Assembly (NCBI RefSeq): GCF_019464535.1
Contig: NZ_CP080507.1
Coordinates: 2,100,001 to 2,132,000, forward strand
Direction of reading: 5' to 3'
Source of the DNA: Horticoccus luteus
GTDB lineage: Bacteria > Verrucomicrobiota > Verrucomicrobiia > Opitutales > Opitutaceae
Length of the DNA: 32,000 nt
Part shown: positions 14,760 through 23,075 of the stretch, piece after piece
Position numbering within the stretch: position 1 is the stretch's first letter
Layout of the letters: the number at the start of each line of letters is the position of its first letter
The notes under the pieces: generated by a model
The model's database searches: none
Told to the model about the DNA's origin: nothing
The model's input: the letters and a program-made list of their open reading frames with translations, nothing else
Made by a program: the position numbers and the translations under genes

Positions 14760-15402
14760 GCCTTCGGACCGCGGACACTGAGGCTCTGTCACGCCAGTCG
14801 CTCACGCGGTGCGCTTCGCCCACTCCGTTCGCTGCCTGTCGCGCCCGAGCCTCAGCGACCGCTCGCCCTGTCGCCCGCGGCCACCTCAGCCATTCGGACA
14901 GCGTGGAATCGCGCTCAGCTCCTCCCGTCGCCTCTCTACGTTCGGCGCGAGTCCGCTTCGCACGCCTCCACCCGGCCTGTTCTTGGAAGGACTCGCCTTC
15001 GGCTCGGCGTCACTGCCCCCCCCGGCTCACGACAGCGCCCAAGTTTCTTGGGCCTCAGGCTCTGCGTCGCTTCCAATCCCCGGCCGGTGAGCACCAACCG
15101 CCTTCGCACCGCAGGCGCCCATGTCCGACCGACCTGCGTTCCGCTACGCGCGTCCGCTCCGCCCGGCCGTCTCCGTGCAGCGACGGTCCGGCCGGCTGGT
15201 CCTCTCCCCTTGTTCCTCAGACTCGTGCCGAGACTGAGGAACCTCGCTCCGCGAACAGGGCTGCGCTCCAGCCGGCTTTTTCGGCCCGACGCCGCCCTTC
15301 GCCTGCCTGGCTCCGCTCCCGCACTTCGCTCCTCTCCGGCCGTTCGGCCCTGCGCGCCTGCTCGCCTGATCGCCGGTGCAGCGCAGACCCCGAATTCGCC
15401 AG
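14760..15402. other. ORF-poor, very GC-rich, strongly strand-skewed segment (C much greater than G, A nearly absent on the + strand)
   Basis: Hand counts on two 60-nt lines (14821-14880 and 15301-15360) give C 29-30, G 16-17, T 10-13 and A 1-4. CTTCGC recurs 5 times. All + frames translate to Arg/Ser/Pro junk. Minus frames are open only because T is rare and also read as junk. Confidence 0.7.
15212..15242. other. Strong hairpin (13 bp plus one A-A mismatch, 3-nt loop) with no U-tract
   Basis: gttcctcagactcg-tgc-cgagactgaggaac lies about 160 nt downstream of the Sel1-repeat gene stop. It is possibly a tail-less terminator or an RNA processing element. Confidence 0.5.
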
Positions 15403-16746
15403 TCAGCTCGTTTTCGATGAGGTCTTCTCGTCCGTCAGCTCCGCCTCGATCTGCTCACAAGCACCGAAGCTCATCCGGTGAAACTCGTCCTCCAATCGCT
15501 CCATTTCATCGAACCTCTCTCGCAAAGCCGTCTTCTCCGCCGACGACGTGCAACGTCCATCCAACTCCATGAAGGCACCTCGTGCGAGACTTCGCGCCAA
15601 GGAAATCTGTTGCATCATGCGAACGTAATACAGGGCTGCATCTCGCGCCGTGATCTTCGCCAAACCGCTCACCCGCTCCTCTTCCCACTTCATCGGGTTT
15701 CTGCACCCCGCCAGCAACGGTAGCGTTGAGAATTGCTGCTCACCCGCCTTGGGATGATCAACCGGCTCCAGTAGGCCATCATACCACGCCAGCAGGTCCT
15801 GGGCGGCTTTGCGAAACCTGGGCGAGATGGCGGCCCGTGGTGCAATCGGAGGCCCCTCCGCCGGAGCTGTTGTATTCCGAAGAGCCACGGGAGGCGCCAG
15901 CGTCAGATTCTTCACCGAATCGCTTATCTCTTGGCTCCGCTGCTGTGCTTGGAGTGCCAGTTGCCTGCCGACATCCTTCTCCATTTGTTCGCGGAGCGCA
16001 ACGAACTCAGGGTAGCCCGCAGCCGCCGCGACGTTCATCCATGCAAGCCCCTCCACTTCGTTCTTCGGCACCCCTAGTCCCTGCGAATAGGCAATGCCGA
16101 TCAAGCCGATCCCCGCCGCGTCTCCCGCTTTGGCCGCCGTGAAGCTGTGCGCCAGGCCGGCGTGATAATTTTTCCGCACCCCCTGCCCTTCGAAATACAT
16201 CAGACCTACGGTCGCCTCCGCCCGCATATCGCCCAACTCAGCCGCCTTCGTATACCATTCCAGAGCCGTCTCAAAACTTCGGGTGACATCCTTGCCGGAA
16301 TAATAAGCGTCGCCGACCATCCTTCCGTATTTCCGCTGAAAATCGACGTGACCCATCTGGCAAAAGCGCTGCGCCCAACGCACCGCTTCGGCGTGATTTT
16401 TATCCAGCAAGTTGCCGGAGAGATGGCTTTCAACCAGAACAACCTGGGCCAGCGCGTAGCCCTGCAAAGCCGACTTGCTTATCCACGATACTGCGGCTCG
16501 CACGTCCTTTTCCACCCGCTCCCCCCGGGCGTAGATACATCCCAAAAGGAACTGTGCACTGGCGTCGCCCGCTTCTGCATCAGCGACGATGTCCGCCGGC
16601 AGGCCGGAGCGCTCTGAATCAACACCGGATGAACTGCGGCCTGTCGAGCTCGCAACAATGAGTCCGACCGCAATCCAGATTATCCTCCATCCAAGACGTG
16701 GCGCGAAGACCGTATTCAGCAATGTCCCGCTTGTAGATCTTCGCAT
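15403..16746 (-). CDS. Sel1-like repeat (SLR/TPR-type) protein with an N-terminal transmembrane/signal segment and a C-terminal domain of unknown function
   Basis: The ATG at 16746 gives MRRSTSG...GWRIIWIAVGLIVASS, a hydrophobic helix. Repeated SLR units follow: AQFLLGCIYARGERVEKDVRAAVSWISKSALQGYALAQ, ALEWYTKAAELGDMRAEATVGLMYFEGQGVRKN and GIAYSQGLGVPKNEVEGLAWMNVAAAAG. The last 170 aa or so were not recognised. Confidence 0.75.
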   Translation of the reverse strand: MRRSTSGTLLNTVFAPRLGWRIIWIAVGLIVASSTGRSSSGVDSERSGLPADIVADAEAGDASAQFLLGCIYARGERVEKDVRAAVSWISKSALQGYALAQVVLVESHLSGNLLDKNHAEAVRWAQRFCQMGHVDFQRKYGRMVGDAYYSGKDVTRSFETALEWYTKAAELGDMRAEATVGLMYFEGQGVRKNYHAGLAHSFTAAKAGDAAGIGLIGIAYSQGLGVPKNEVEGLAWMNVAAAAGYPEFVALREQMEKDVGRQLALQAQQRSQEISDSVKNLTLAPPVALRNTTAPAEGPPIAPRAAISPRFRKAAQDLLAWYDGLLEPVDHPKAGEQQFSTLPLLAGCRNPMKWEEERVSGLAKITARDAALYYVRMMQQISLARSLARGAFMELDGRCTSSAEKTALRERFDEMERLEDEFHRMSFGACEQIEAELTDEKTSSKTS

Positions 16747-16798
16747 GTTTAGAGGGCGGAGGGCCACACCGAGTGGCACACGCAACCCGCTACTTACG

Positions 16799-17047
16799 TC
16801 ACGCGTTATGCTTATGCGCAAGTTCCGAAATCTGGCGGCGTGTCCCTCGTCGCCGCACTCTCCGCCAACGTTCGTCGCGCGCGCTTAGAATTCTAAGGGT
16901 CGGCTCGTAGAGGACATACTCGCTGAACGCCTCGTTCATTTCACAAGCAGCCAGGTAACTGACGTAGCCACATAGCCCACGCTGAATTCGAAAGAGCACA
17001 TCTCGGGGTTCATTCCCAATACCCGGTTCCGACGCGTTTTGTTTCAT
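16799..17047 (-). CDS. Hypothetical small protein (82 aa) directly downstream of the short pAgo
   Basis: The track ORF starts with TTG at 17065 and the first ATG is at 17047. The central part (RDVLFRIQRGLCGYVSYLAACEMNEAFSEYVLYEPTLRIL) looks protein-like, while the C-terminal tail is Arg-rich. Coding status is uncertain. Confidence 0.3.
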   Translation of the reverse strand: MKQNASEPGIGNEPRDVLFRIQRGLCGYVSYLAACEMNEAFSEYVLYEPTLRILSARDERWRRVRRRGTRRQISELAHKHNA

Positions 17048-17087
17048 GTGGGTTACGGAGTTCAAGGAGAGCCATCATCGAAACCAC

Positions 17088-18692
17088 TTACATGTAAAAC
17101 TTATACTTGGTTTCGGCCTGAGTTCCCTTAGGTAGCTCAGTCAGAATTTTGCCCACGTCGCGCGCGAACCGAATGGTGATCGGAACGCTGCTGGCGAAGG
17201 AACAGCTATTCCAATTGAGCTTGGTAAGAGCCAAGACTTCTTGGCAGACCGTCTCGGCTGGAGAGACGCCGTGGTGTTCAAGAATCTCCAGCGGCCGAGG
17301 AATGCGCTTTCCTGGATAAGCGCGAAGGTAAGGCACGTATCCATTCCCGAAAAGCAGGTAGTTACCCTCCCCCAGCGTTACCACGGTGCCCCGCAGCGGG
17401 GGACGTCGGCCGATGCGCATGAAGCGCACGTCGCTGGTTTCCAGCGCAAGGAAATCGAAATGGTAAACGTCACCCAGCGCCGCCTTGAACCCCTCTATTT
17501 CTTCCGGCCAGTAGCGTGACGTTTTGTGAATCACCACGCGTTTCGGGGCCAGGGTATGCTGAAGTTTGTATTGCGCGATAGCTCGTTCAAGCAGGCTGCG
17601 CGCACCAGCCTCGCTCAAATGAGCCTTTCGGTCGCGCTTCTTGTCGAAGATTGCTTTCTCGCCCCGGATTACGATGCCTTCGCCGGCGCCGAACACTTGA
17701 GCAAGGCTCGTCTGCATGTCGGCCGCTCCGGCAGGACTCTCCTTGAAGAACGAGATGCCGACAAAACAGGTTTGATCCGGAAGCGACTGCAACCGCCAAG
17801 GGCTGTTACCGGCCTTGTAGTAAAGCGCCGTGAGGAGGTTCCAAGCGATGGATGCGGGATTGGAGTCCCCGAATGTCCGTTCCCACGCGAGTTGGGTTGG
17901 TAACCCTGATTTCATGGCGTGCGCCTTCAGGGCATGATGGATGTTAAAAAATCCGCTCGGCGAAGTATCGCGGTCTGGGTCATCGAATTCCAGTCCCAGA
18001 AACGACTGCCCAGTAACCTCCTGTTCTTTCGTCAATTTGTTCTGGAGTCGTTGCAATGGTGTCAGACGAACCTTCTGCCGTGCAAACGGAACGCCGATGG
18101 AGGCGCATTCGTCCTCCACGTCGGGCGGCAAGACGAGAACGACGACATCCGGGGCATCCTCCAGCGCAGCGATCGCGTCGATCTGCTTAACCGCTAGATC
18201 GACGACCTGCTTGATCTTCTCTTGGTCCTTGGGGGTCGCCAGCGCCTGCCGGAAGAAGTCCGGCGGAATAATCCGCTGATGAGAGGCATTGTCGGCGACA
18301 AAATTGGCGCGAAATGTCGCGGTCTCCGCGCAGCCGGGAAAATCTGGGAAGGTGTGAGGGTCGAGGGGCTTGTTCCGCTTGTTCAGTCCTGGCGACAGGC
18401 GGCCGTGAGCCCGACGGAGAAAGTCTTTGAACGTCTGGATGCCGGTCCCCGTGCCCACGAGTCCGATTTTAATGACACGCCCCGGTTGGAAGCCGTAGGG
18501 ACCGTGATCGTTGAGGCCGGCCTTGGGATCGACGGACACGCCGCCGTTGGCGAACACCAGCTTCGGCTCCTCGAGATGGAACGCGCGAAAAACAGGCGGC
18601 TGCCGGCGGATCAGCTCCTCGGTCAATGGGGGCTGGCTGACGGCACTCTGGTGCGGGCGGCGCCTATTCGAACGGTTTCTCATCGTCATCAT
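17088..18692 (-). CDS. Short prokaryotic Argonaute (MID-PIWI only), SPARTA-type partner
   Basis: About 534 aa, too short to hold N/PAZ domains. The N-terminus FHLEEPKLVFANGG...GPYG and the PIWI-region ALYYKAGNSPWRL are typical of short pAgos. It lies immediately downstream of a TIR-APAZ gene and overlaps it. Three ATGs (18692, 18689, 18683) are possible starts. Confidence 0.85.
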   Translation of the reverse strand: MMTMRNRSNRRRPHQSAVSQPPLTEELIRRQPPVFRAFHLEEPKLVFANGGVSVDPKAGLNDHGPYGFQPGRVIKIGLVGTGTGIQTFKDFLRRAHGRLSPGLNKRNKPLDPHTFPDFPGCAETATFRANFVADNASHQRIIPPDFFRQALATPKDQEKIKQVVDLAVKQIDAIAALEDAPDVVVLVLPPDVEDECASIGVPFARQKVRLTPLQRLQNKLTKEQEVTGQSFLGLEFDDPDRDTSPSGFFNIHHALKAHAMKSGLPTQLAWERTFGDSNPASIAWNLLTALYYKAGNSPWRLQSLPDQTCFVGISFFKESPAGAADMQTSLAQVFGAGEGIVIRGEKAIFDKKRDRKAHLSEAGARSLLERAIAQYKLQHTLAPKRVVIHKTSRYWPEEIEGFKAALGDVYHFDFLALETSDVRFMRIGRRPPLRGTVVTLGEGNYLLFGNGYVPYLRAYPGKRIPRPLEILEHHGVSPAETVCQEVLALTKLNWNSCSFASSVPITIRFARDVGKILTELPKGTQAETKYKFYM

Positions 18693-20100
18693 CGGGTTCG
18701 TCGCGGGGACCCGCGAATTCAGCGTTCGCCGCTGCGGCGGCCAAGTCGTCGTCCTGCTTGTCGAACAGCGACGCAAAGCGAATCTCATCAAAAGCTACAC
18801 CGACATCGAGCTGGCTCGTGGCCGGAATTCGGGCCACGACAATCTGCTCTCCGCCGGTGTCGACGCGGATCTCGCGGTGATTTTTCGCCATCACGAAACC
18901 CCAGAAGAGAATGTTGCGAAGAATGTCTGGGTTTTGCTGCTTCCCACCCCAGATGGTCGCCAGTTTGCCAGCACTCTTGCCGTCCACGCTGATATTGCCG
19001 TCGAGGGTAAAAAGGTAGTGGGGTTCGATCGAGACGTAGAGGTTATTGCCGACGCGCTTGAAGCAGAGCGACGCGCCGTGGTGGACCCAGAAGGTAGAAA
19101 TGCCGTCTTTCGCGGTCTTTTTCGCTGCGACCGCCACTCCCGTTTTCCTGCCCAGCATCGGCCATCGCCGATCACCGCCGTTCATCTCGGGCATGAAAAT
19201 GAAACGACCCTTGCCATCGCTCTTGATCCGAAGGGTGCGCATGTGGGAATTGAGCGCGGTGTTGAGCAGCGCCATCAGCCAAAGCCGCTTGTCCGGATGG
19301 ATGAACCAATCGTGGCGCGACTCCGGTGCGATCGTCTTCGGGTCGATCACCGCCCGCAGAGCCGTCGAGGACTGATTCAAATCGGCAAACGTATAGATGC
19401 GCTTTTCACGTAGCACGAAGGGCTCGGTTGACGGTGCCTTTGCCCAAACGTCCTTCTTCTCCCGGCAATCCGTGGCCGCGCCCCAAATGCGGGCCGGAAG
19501 GGCGGTAACCCGGAGGAGATTTGAGATCAGCACGTCCTGGACCCGGTCCGGCAACCACGAGACTTCGGGGCGCAATGGGGTTGGCAGGACGGGCGCGGTC
19601 GAAGCAAGCGGTGCCAGACGACGTCCGCGCTCCGCGGGCTGATTGCGAATCCGCCGCATCAATTCCACGAAGCTGCGGCGAAACTCCGCAGGCTTCCTGA
19701 AATCGATGTAACGCAAGTCCCGAAAGGGTGCGTAGAGATCGATGCGCTCGACTCCGCCCTTCGCGAGGTCACGGAGCAGGATCGGAATGAGCACGCCGCG
19801 CGAGTTGTTCGGGTCCGCAGCGACGATGTGCTTCCACTCGAATCGCGGCCAGTCCGCCTTGAGAAACTCCGGCGAAAGCACGGCAACCACGTGGCGCGCC
19901 GCTTTCATCCCAGCGTTCATCCGGTCGATGAGGCTTTGCCCGGCCTCGATGTCCCATTTATCGAAGAACACGCTCAGGCTGCGGGACTCCTTGCTGCCGT
20001 CTATCGTCTCGGACTCCACTTGCTCGGACAACGAGCGCACGAAATCGAGGTCTGCTCCGTTGTAGCAGATGTAGGCGTCCTTCTGTTCGATGATCGTCAT
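18664..20100 (-). CDS. TIR-APAZ protein (NADase effector partner of the short pAgo)
   Basis: 478 aa. The N-terminal TIR pattern is AYICYNGADLDFV...SVFFDKWDIEAGQSL (putative catalytic Glu in WDIEAG)...VVAVLSPEFLKADWPRFEW. A domain of about 300 aa sits in the APAZ position, and the C-terminal tail is acidic (EPDDDDEKPFE). Confidence 0.85.
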   Translation of the reverse strand: MTIIEQKDAYICYNGADLDFVRSLSEQVESETIDGSKESRSLSVFFDKWDIEAGQSLIDRMNAGMKAARHVVAVLSPEFLKADWPRFEWKHIVAADPNNSRGVLIPILLRDLAKGGVERIDLYAPFRDLRYIDFRKPAEFRRSFVELMRRIRNQPAERGRRLAPLASTAPVLPTPLRPEVSWLPDRVQDVLISNLLRVTALPARIWGAATDCREKKDVWAKAPSTEPFVLREKRIYTFADLNQSSTALRAVIDPKTIAPESRHDWFIHPDKRLWLMALLNTALNSHMRTLRIKSDGKGRFIFMPEMNGGDRRWPMLGRKTGVAVAAKKTAKDGISTFWVHHGASLCFKRVGNNLYVSIEPHYLFTLDGNISVDGKSAGKLATIWGGKQQNPDILRNILFWGFVMAKNHREIRVDTGGEQIVVARIPATSQLDVGVAFDEIRFASLFDKQDDDLAAAAANAEFAGPRDEPDDDDEKPFE

Positions 20101-20139
20101 GGCTGGAACCTCGATAGCTGCGCGTGGGTGATTCTCCCA

Positions 20140-21867
20140 TTAGCTGGCGGCGATTTCGGCCGCTGGCATGATCCGCAACGACTCGGAGATTAGCACCGGC
20201 TCGGTCAGTACTTTGCCGCCGCTATCGACGCCAAGCTTGAGCACGCGCTCGCCGCTCGGCCGCACCGAGCGATCAAAGCTGCCAACGGCATCGTTGTAGG
20301 CGTTGGTTGCCTTCTCCAGCCCGCTTCGGATGCTGTCAAAATGGCGAGTGAACGTCGCCACCCGCGAGAAAAGCTCAGATGCAGCTTCGGCGATCTCGCG
20401 GGCATTGACCGTCTGTTCGTGGTGCAACCAACTCGCGCTCACGGAACGCAACAACGCGATGAGTGATGCCGGCGTCGCCAGCGTGACTCGGCGCTGGGCA
20501 GCCCAAACGATCAAATCGCGGTCACCTTCCAACGCCGCGCTGAAGAGCGATTCTGCCGGCAAGAAAAGGACCACGTGGTCCAGCGCCTTGGGGAACTGGC
20601 TCGGATAATCACGCTCTGCCAGAGCCTTGATCGTTCCGCGGAGTTTGTCCGAGTGGGCCTTCAACAGTTCGCCACGCTTCAACTCATCCGTCACGCTGAG
20701 AGCGTTAAGGAAGTCGAGGTCGGGCACCTTCGAATCGACAATGATGACCCGGTCTCCCGGCAGTTTGACGACGAGGTCCGGCTTACCGTCCTCGGCTCGC
20801 TCCTGTTCGACGAAGTCGCAGTGCGCGCTCATTCCTGCGGCCTCGACGACCCGCCGCAGTGTCTCCTCGCCCCAACGACCACGCGCCTGTCCTGAACTCA
20901 GCACACGCCGGAGCTGAATCGTCTCCGTGGAAAGCGTCGTGCTGTGCTGCGCGAGCGTGGTGAGGTGTTTCGAAACCTCACCCATCATCGTCGCTTGGGT
21001 GGTCTCGCTCTGAGCCAACCGTTGCTGATAAACTTTCAGCTGTTCCTCCAGCGGCTTAACCAACGTCGCAATGGCCGCTTGTCGCTGCGCCAAGTCCCCT
21101 TTCGCACCTTCGTTGAACTTGGCGAGCGTCTCGTTCGCGAGCTGAAGAAACTCCGGCTGCAATTGCTTCAACGCGTCGGAGCTCATCGCGGCGAACGCCT
21201 CCCGAAGATCGCGCAGCGCTTTTTCGTGCCCTTCCTTCAGTTCGCGGAACTGTTCACTATTTGCGCGGTGCTGTTCGGCGTTCCGCTCATTGGCCGCATT
21301 CAGATTTGCTTCCGCCGTGGCCAGTGCCGTGGTCAAGGATTCCGCGCGTGCTTGCGCCGTCTTGAGGTCGGCCGCCGTAGCCGACAGCTCAGTTTTGGCC
21401 GCGGATAGCGCCTCGTTACCGCGATTTTCGGTGAGCTTGATCCGTTGGTCTAACGCCTCCGTCTGGAGGGTCGCGGCCTTCAGATTGGCGTTGGCCGTGG
21501 CGAGCGCCGCAGTCGTTTCACTTACGCGCTCCTGCGCCGCTCTCAGATCCGATACGGCCGTGGCTAACTCTGCTTTGATGGTCGCGGCCGTTTCGTCCCC
21601 ACGGGTCTCGGTCGATTTAACCTCAACTTCCAACTCCCGCGCGCGAGCCACCGCCGCTTGCAGGCTCGCGTCCGCGGCCGATCGTGCGGCCTCCGCCTGC
21701 AACCGCGCCGCCTGACACTGCTCCAGGTCAGCTTTCAGTGCTTCGGCTTGCTGGCGCAACTCGTCTTCGAGACGCGAATCAGCGGGAGCGTCCTTCGACG
21801 CGCGAAAGATCCAACCAATCGCGAGGCCCGCGATTAAGCAGACGAGGATCAGAAAAAGGGTATTCAT
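20140..21867 (-). CDS. rmuC: RmuC-family DNA recombination/nuclease protein with an N-terminal TM helix and an expanded coiled coil
   Basis: The ATG at 21867 gives MNTLFLILVCLIAGLAIGWIF, a TM helix. A long Ala/Glu/Gln-rich coiled coil follows. The C-terminal segment RGRWGEETLRRVVEAAGMSAHCDFVEQ...PDLVVKLPGDRVIIVDSKVP is the RmuC nuclease-fold signature. Confidence 0.85.
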   Translation of the reverse strand: MNTLFLILVCLIAGLAIGWIFRASKDAPADSRLEDELRQQAEALKADLEQCQAARLQAEAARSAADASLQAAVARARELEVEVKSTETRGDETAATIKAELATAVSDLRAAQERVSETTAALATANANLKAATLQTEALDQRIKLTENRGNEALSAAKTELSATAADLKTAQARAESLTTALATAEANLNAANERNAEQHRANSEQFRELKEGHEKALRDLREAFAAMSSDALKQLQPEFLQLANETLAKFNEGAKGDLAQRQAAIATLVKPLEEQLKVYQQRLAQSETTQATMMGEVSKHLTTLAQHSTTLSTETIQLRRVLSSGQARGRWGEETLRRVVEAAGMSAHCDFVEQERAEDGKPDLVVKLPGDRVIIVDSKVPDLDFLNALSVTDELKRGELLKAHSDKLRGTIKALAERDYPSQFPKALDHVVLFLPAESLFSAALEGDRDLIVWAAQRRVTLATPASLIALLRSVSASWLHHEQTVNAREIAEAASELFSRVATFTRHFDSIRSGLEKATNAYNDAVGSFDRSVRPSGERVLKLGVDSGGKVLTEPVLISESLRIMPAAEIAAS

Positions 21868-22073
21868 GTGATTTTCGGGATAAGCGTTCAGGTCCTGGAT
21901 GGCGTGCCTACCGCGCACGCTAACACGCGGGGTGGGACAAATTCGGTCCCATCTGGATTTCCGTGCTGTGGAGCACGGGGCGAAAGCGGGGGCTAGTCTT
22001 CATTCGACCACACTATCTCATCCGCGGAAACACGCTGGCCCAACGTGGTCGAGGCAGCTAACGTTTGTGTGAG
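21868..22073. promoter_or_regulatory. Divergent intergenic region between the LysR-like regulator and the RmuC-SPARTA gene string
   Basis: A 206-nt gap between divergent starts at 21867 (-) and 22074 (+), the arrangement typical of LysR-type regulators and their targets. No boxes were assigned. Confidence 0.3.
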
Positions 22074-23075
22074 ATGGCGCTCGATCAACTCTTCAAGCAG
22101 AAGGTCCCCACTCCTCGCCAACTGCACGCGCTGGTTAAGTTCGTCGAGCACGGCTCGCTTTCGGCTGCATTCGGGAGCGGCAAGAGCGCTCAGGGAGCCG
22201 CAACCCAGCAATTGGGCCGGATTGACCGGTGCCTCGGCATTCGCACGCGCAAGAGTGCCGGGGTGGTCAAGGTGCCGACCGATGAAGCCATCCAGCTCGC
22301 TGAGTTTTGTCGCGATTTCTTCCAGCGACTCGCTGATTTCAAAACGGGCGCCGAAGGAAAACCGAACAACTTTGTAGTCGGCGCGGGCGACAGCCTAATG
22401 TTCTACCTGCTCTTGCCAGCTCTGAGAACCACGGGGGCCTGGCGATCGTCCGTGGAATTGCACCTGCAGAATTTGCGGAGCCGCGAAATCGTCCATGGGG
22501 TTCTCGACGGTTCAGTTGATGTCGGGCTGGTGCGAGCCACGGCCGTGGAAGACGAACTCACCGACCGAAAGCGCCTGAAGGTAGAGCCGGTATGCCAACT
22601 GGGCTACGCGTTCTACGTTCGAACCGAGTTGCTGAAATCTTATCGAGGGAACATCGCCGACTCGCTCGCGCTGGTTAAATGGGGTAAGGCGAATCTGCCG
22701 TTGGCCACGTTTTGGGCCGAACACAGCACATACACGGAGGCCTTGGGCAGAGCGAAATTGGGCTGGCCGGCCCGCCTTCGCTGCGAGTCCTTCCCGCAGG
22801 TCGAACGCGCGATAATTGCCGCCGACTATTGCGGGATACTTCCACGCATCGCGTTCAGCAACATTCCGCCGGAGATCACCGAATTTGGCGTCGATCTACT
22901 TGCGCCGGTTTCGAGGAGCATCGGCCTCGTTTGGAGCTCAACCCTCACCCAGCGTCGTGCTGGCGGCGAAATCGCCCTGCGCGAATTGCGTTCAGCTCTG
23001 AAGACGGTCTGTGCTGGGCCAACGTTCAGCCACGAAGGTCGTCCAGAAACTCCGACGCGGGGTCGACGCAAGTGA
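22074..23075 (+). CDS. LysR-type transcriptional regulator-like protein (divergent HTH plus periplasmic-binding-fold effector domain)
   Basis: The first ATG is at 22074 (the track start at 22065 is TTG). LHALVKFVEHGSLSAAF...AATQQLGRIDRCLG matches the LysR HTH pattern loosely. The downstream alternating beta/alpha region (FVVGAGDSLMFYLLLPAL...VDVGLVR) resembles a LysR substrate-binding domain. Confidence 0.55.
   Translation: MALDQLFKQKVPTPRQLHALVKFVEHGSLSAAFGSGKSAQGAATQQLGRIDRCLGIRTRKSAGVVKVPTDEAIQLAEFCRDFFQRLADFKTGAEGKPNNFVVGAGDSLMFYLLLPALRTTGAWRSSVELHLQNLRSREIVHGVLDGSVDVGLVRATAVEDELTDRKRLKVEPVCQLGYAFYVRTELLKSYRGNIADSLALVKWGKANLPLATFWAEHSTYTEALGRAKLGWPARLRCESFPQVERAIIAADYCGILPRIAFSNIPPEITEFGVDLLAPVSRSIGLVWSSTLTQRRAGGEIALRELRSALKTVCAGPTFSHEGRPETPTRGRRK

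Noticed and set aside
14760-15402. Idea that the minus-strand transcript is a Csr/Rsm-type GGA-rich sponge RNA
   Set aside because: Many GGA triplets occur on the minus strand, but their number is about what the G/A-rich base composition alone predicts. The GGAs are not visibly placed in hairpin loops, so there is no specific support.
14717-15572. Plus-strand ORFs of 254, 93 and 174 aa inside the skewed segment
   Set aside because: All three frames are open simply because A is almost absent, so stop codons are rare. The products are Arg/Ser/Pro/Ala junk, so this is treated as non-coding.
18222-19413. 256-aa and 300-aa plus-strand ORFs antisense to the pAgo and TIR-APAZ genes
   Set aside because: The translations look non-protein-like, and the opposite strand encodes recognisable TIR and PIWI-type sequences.
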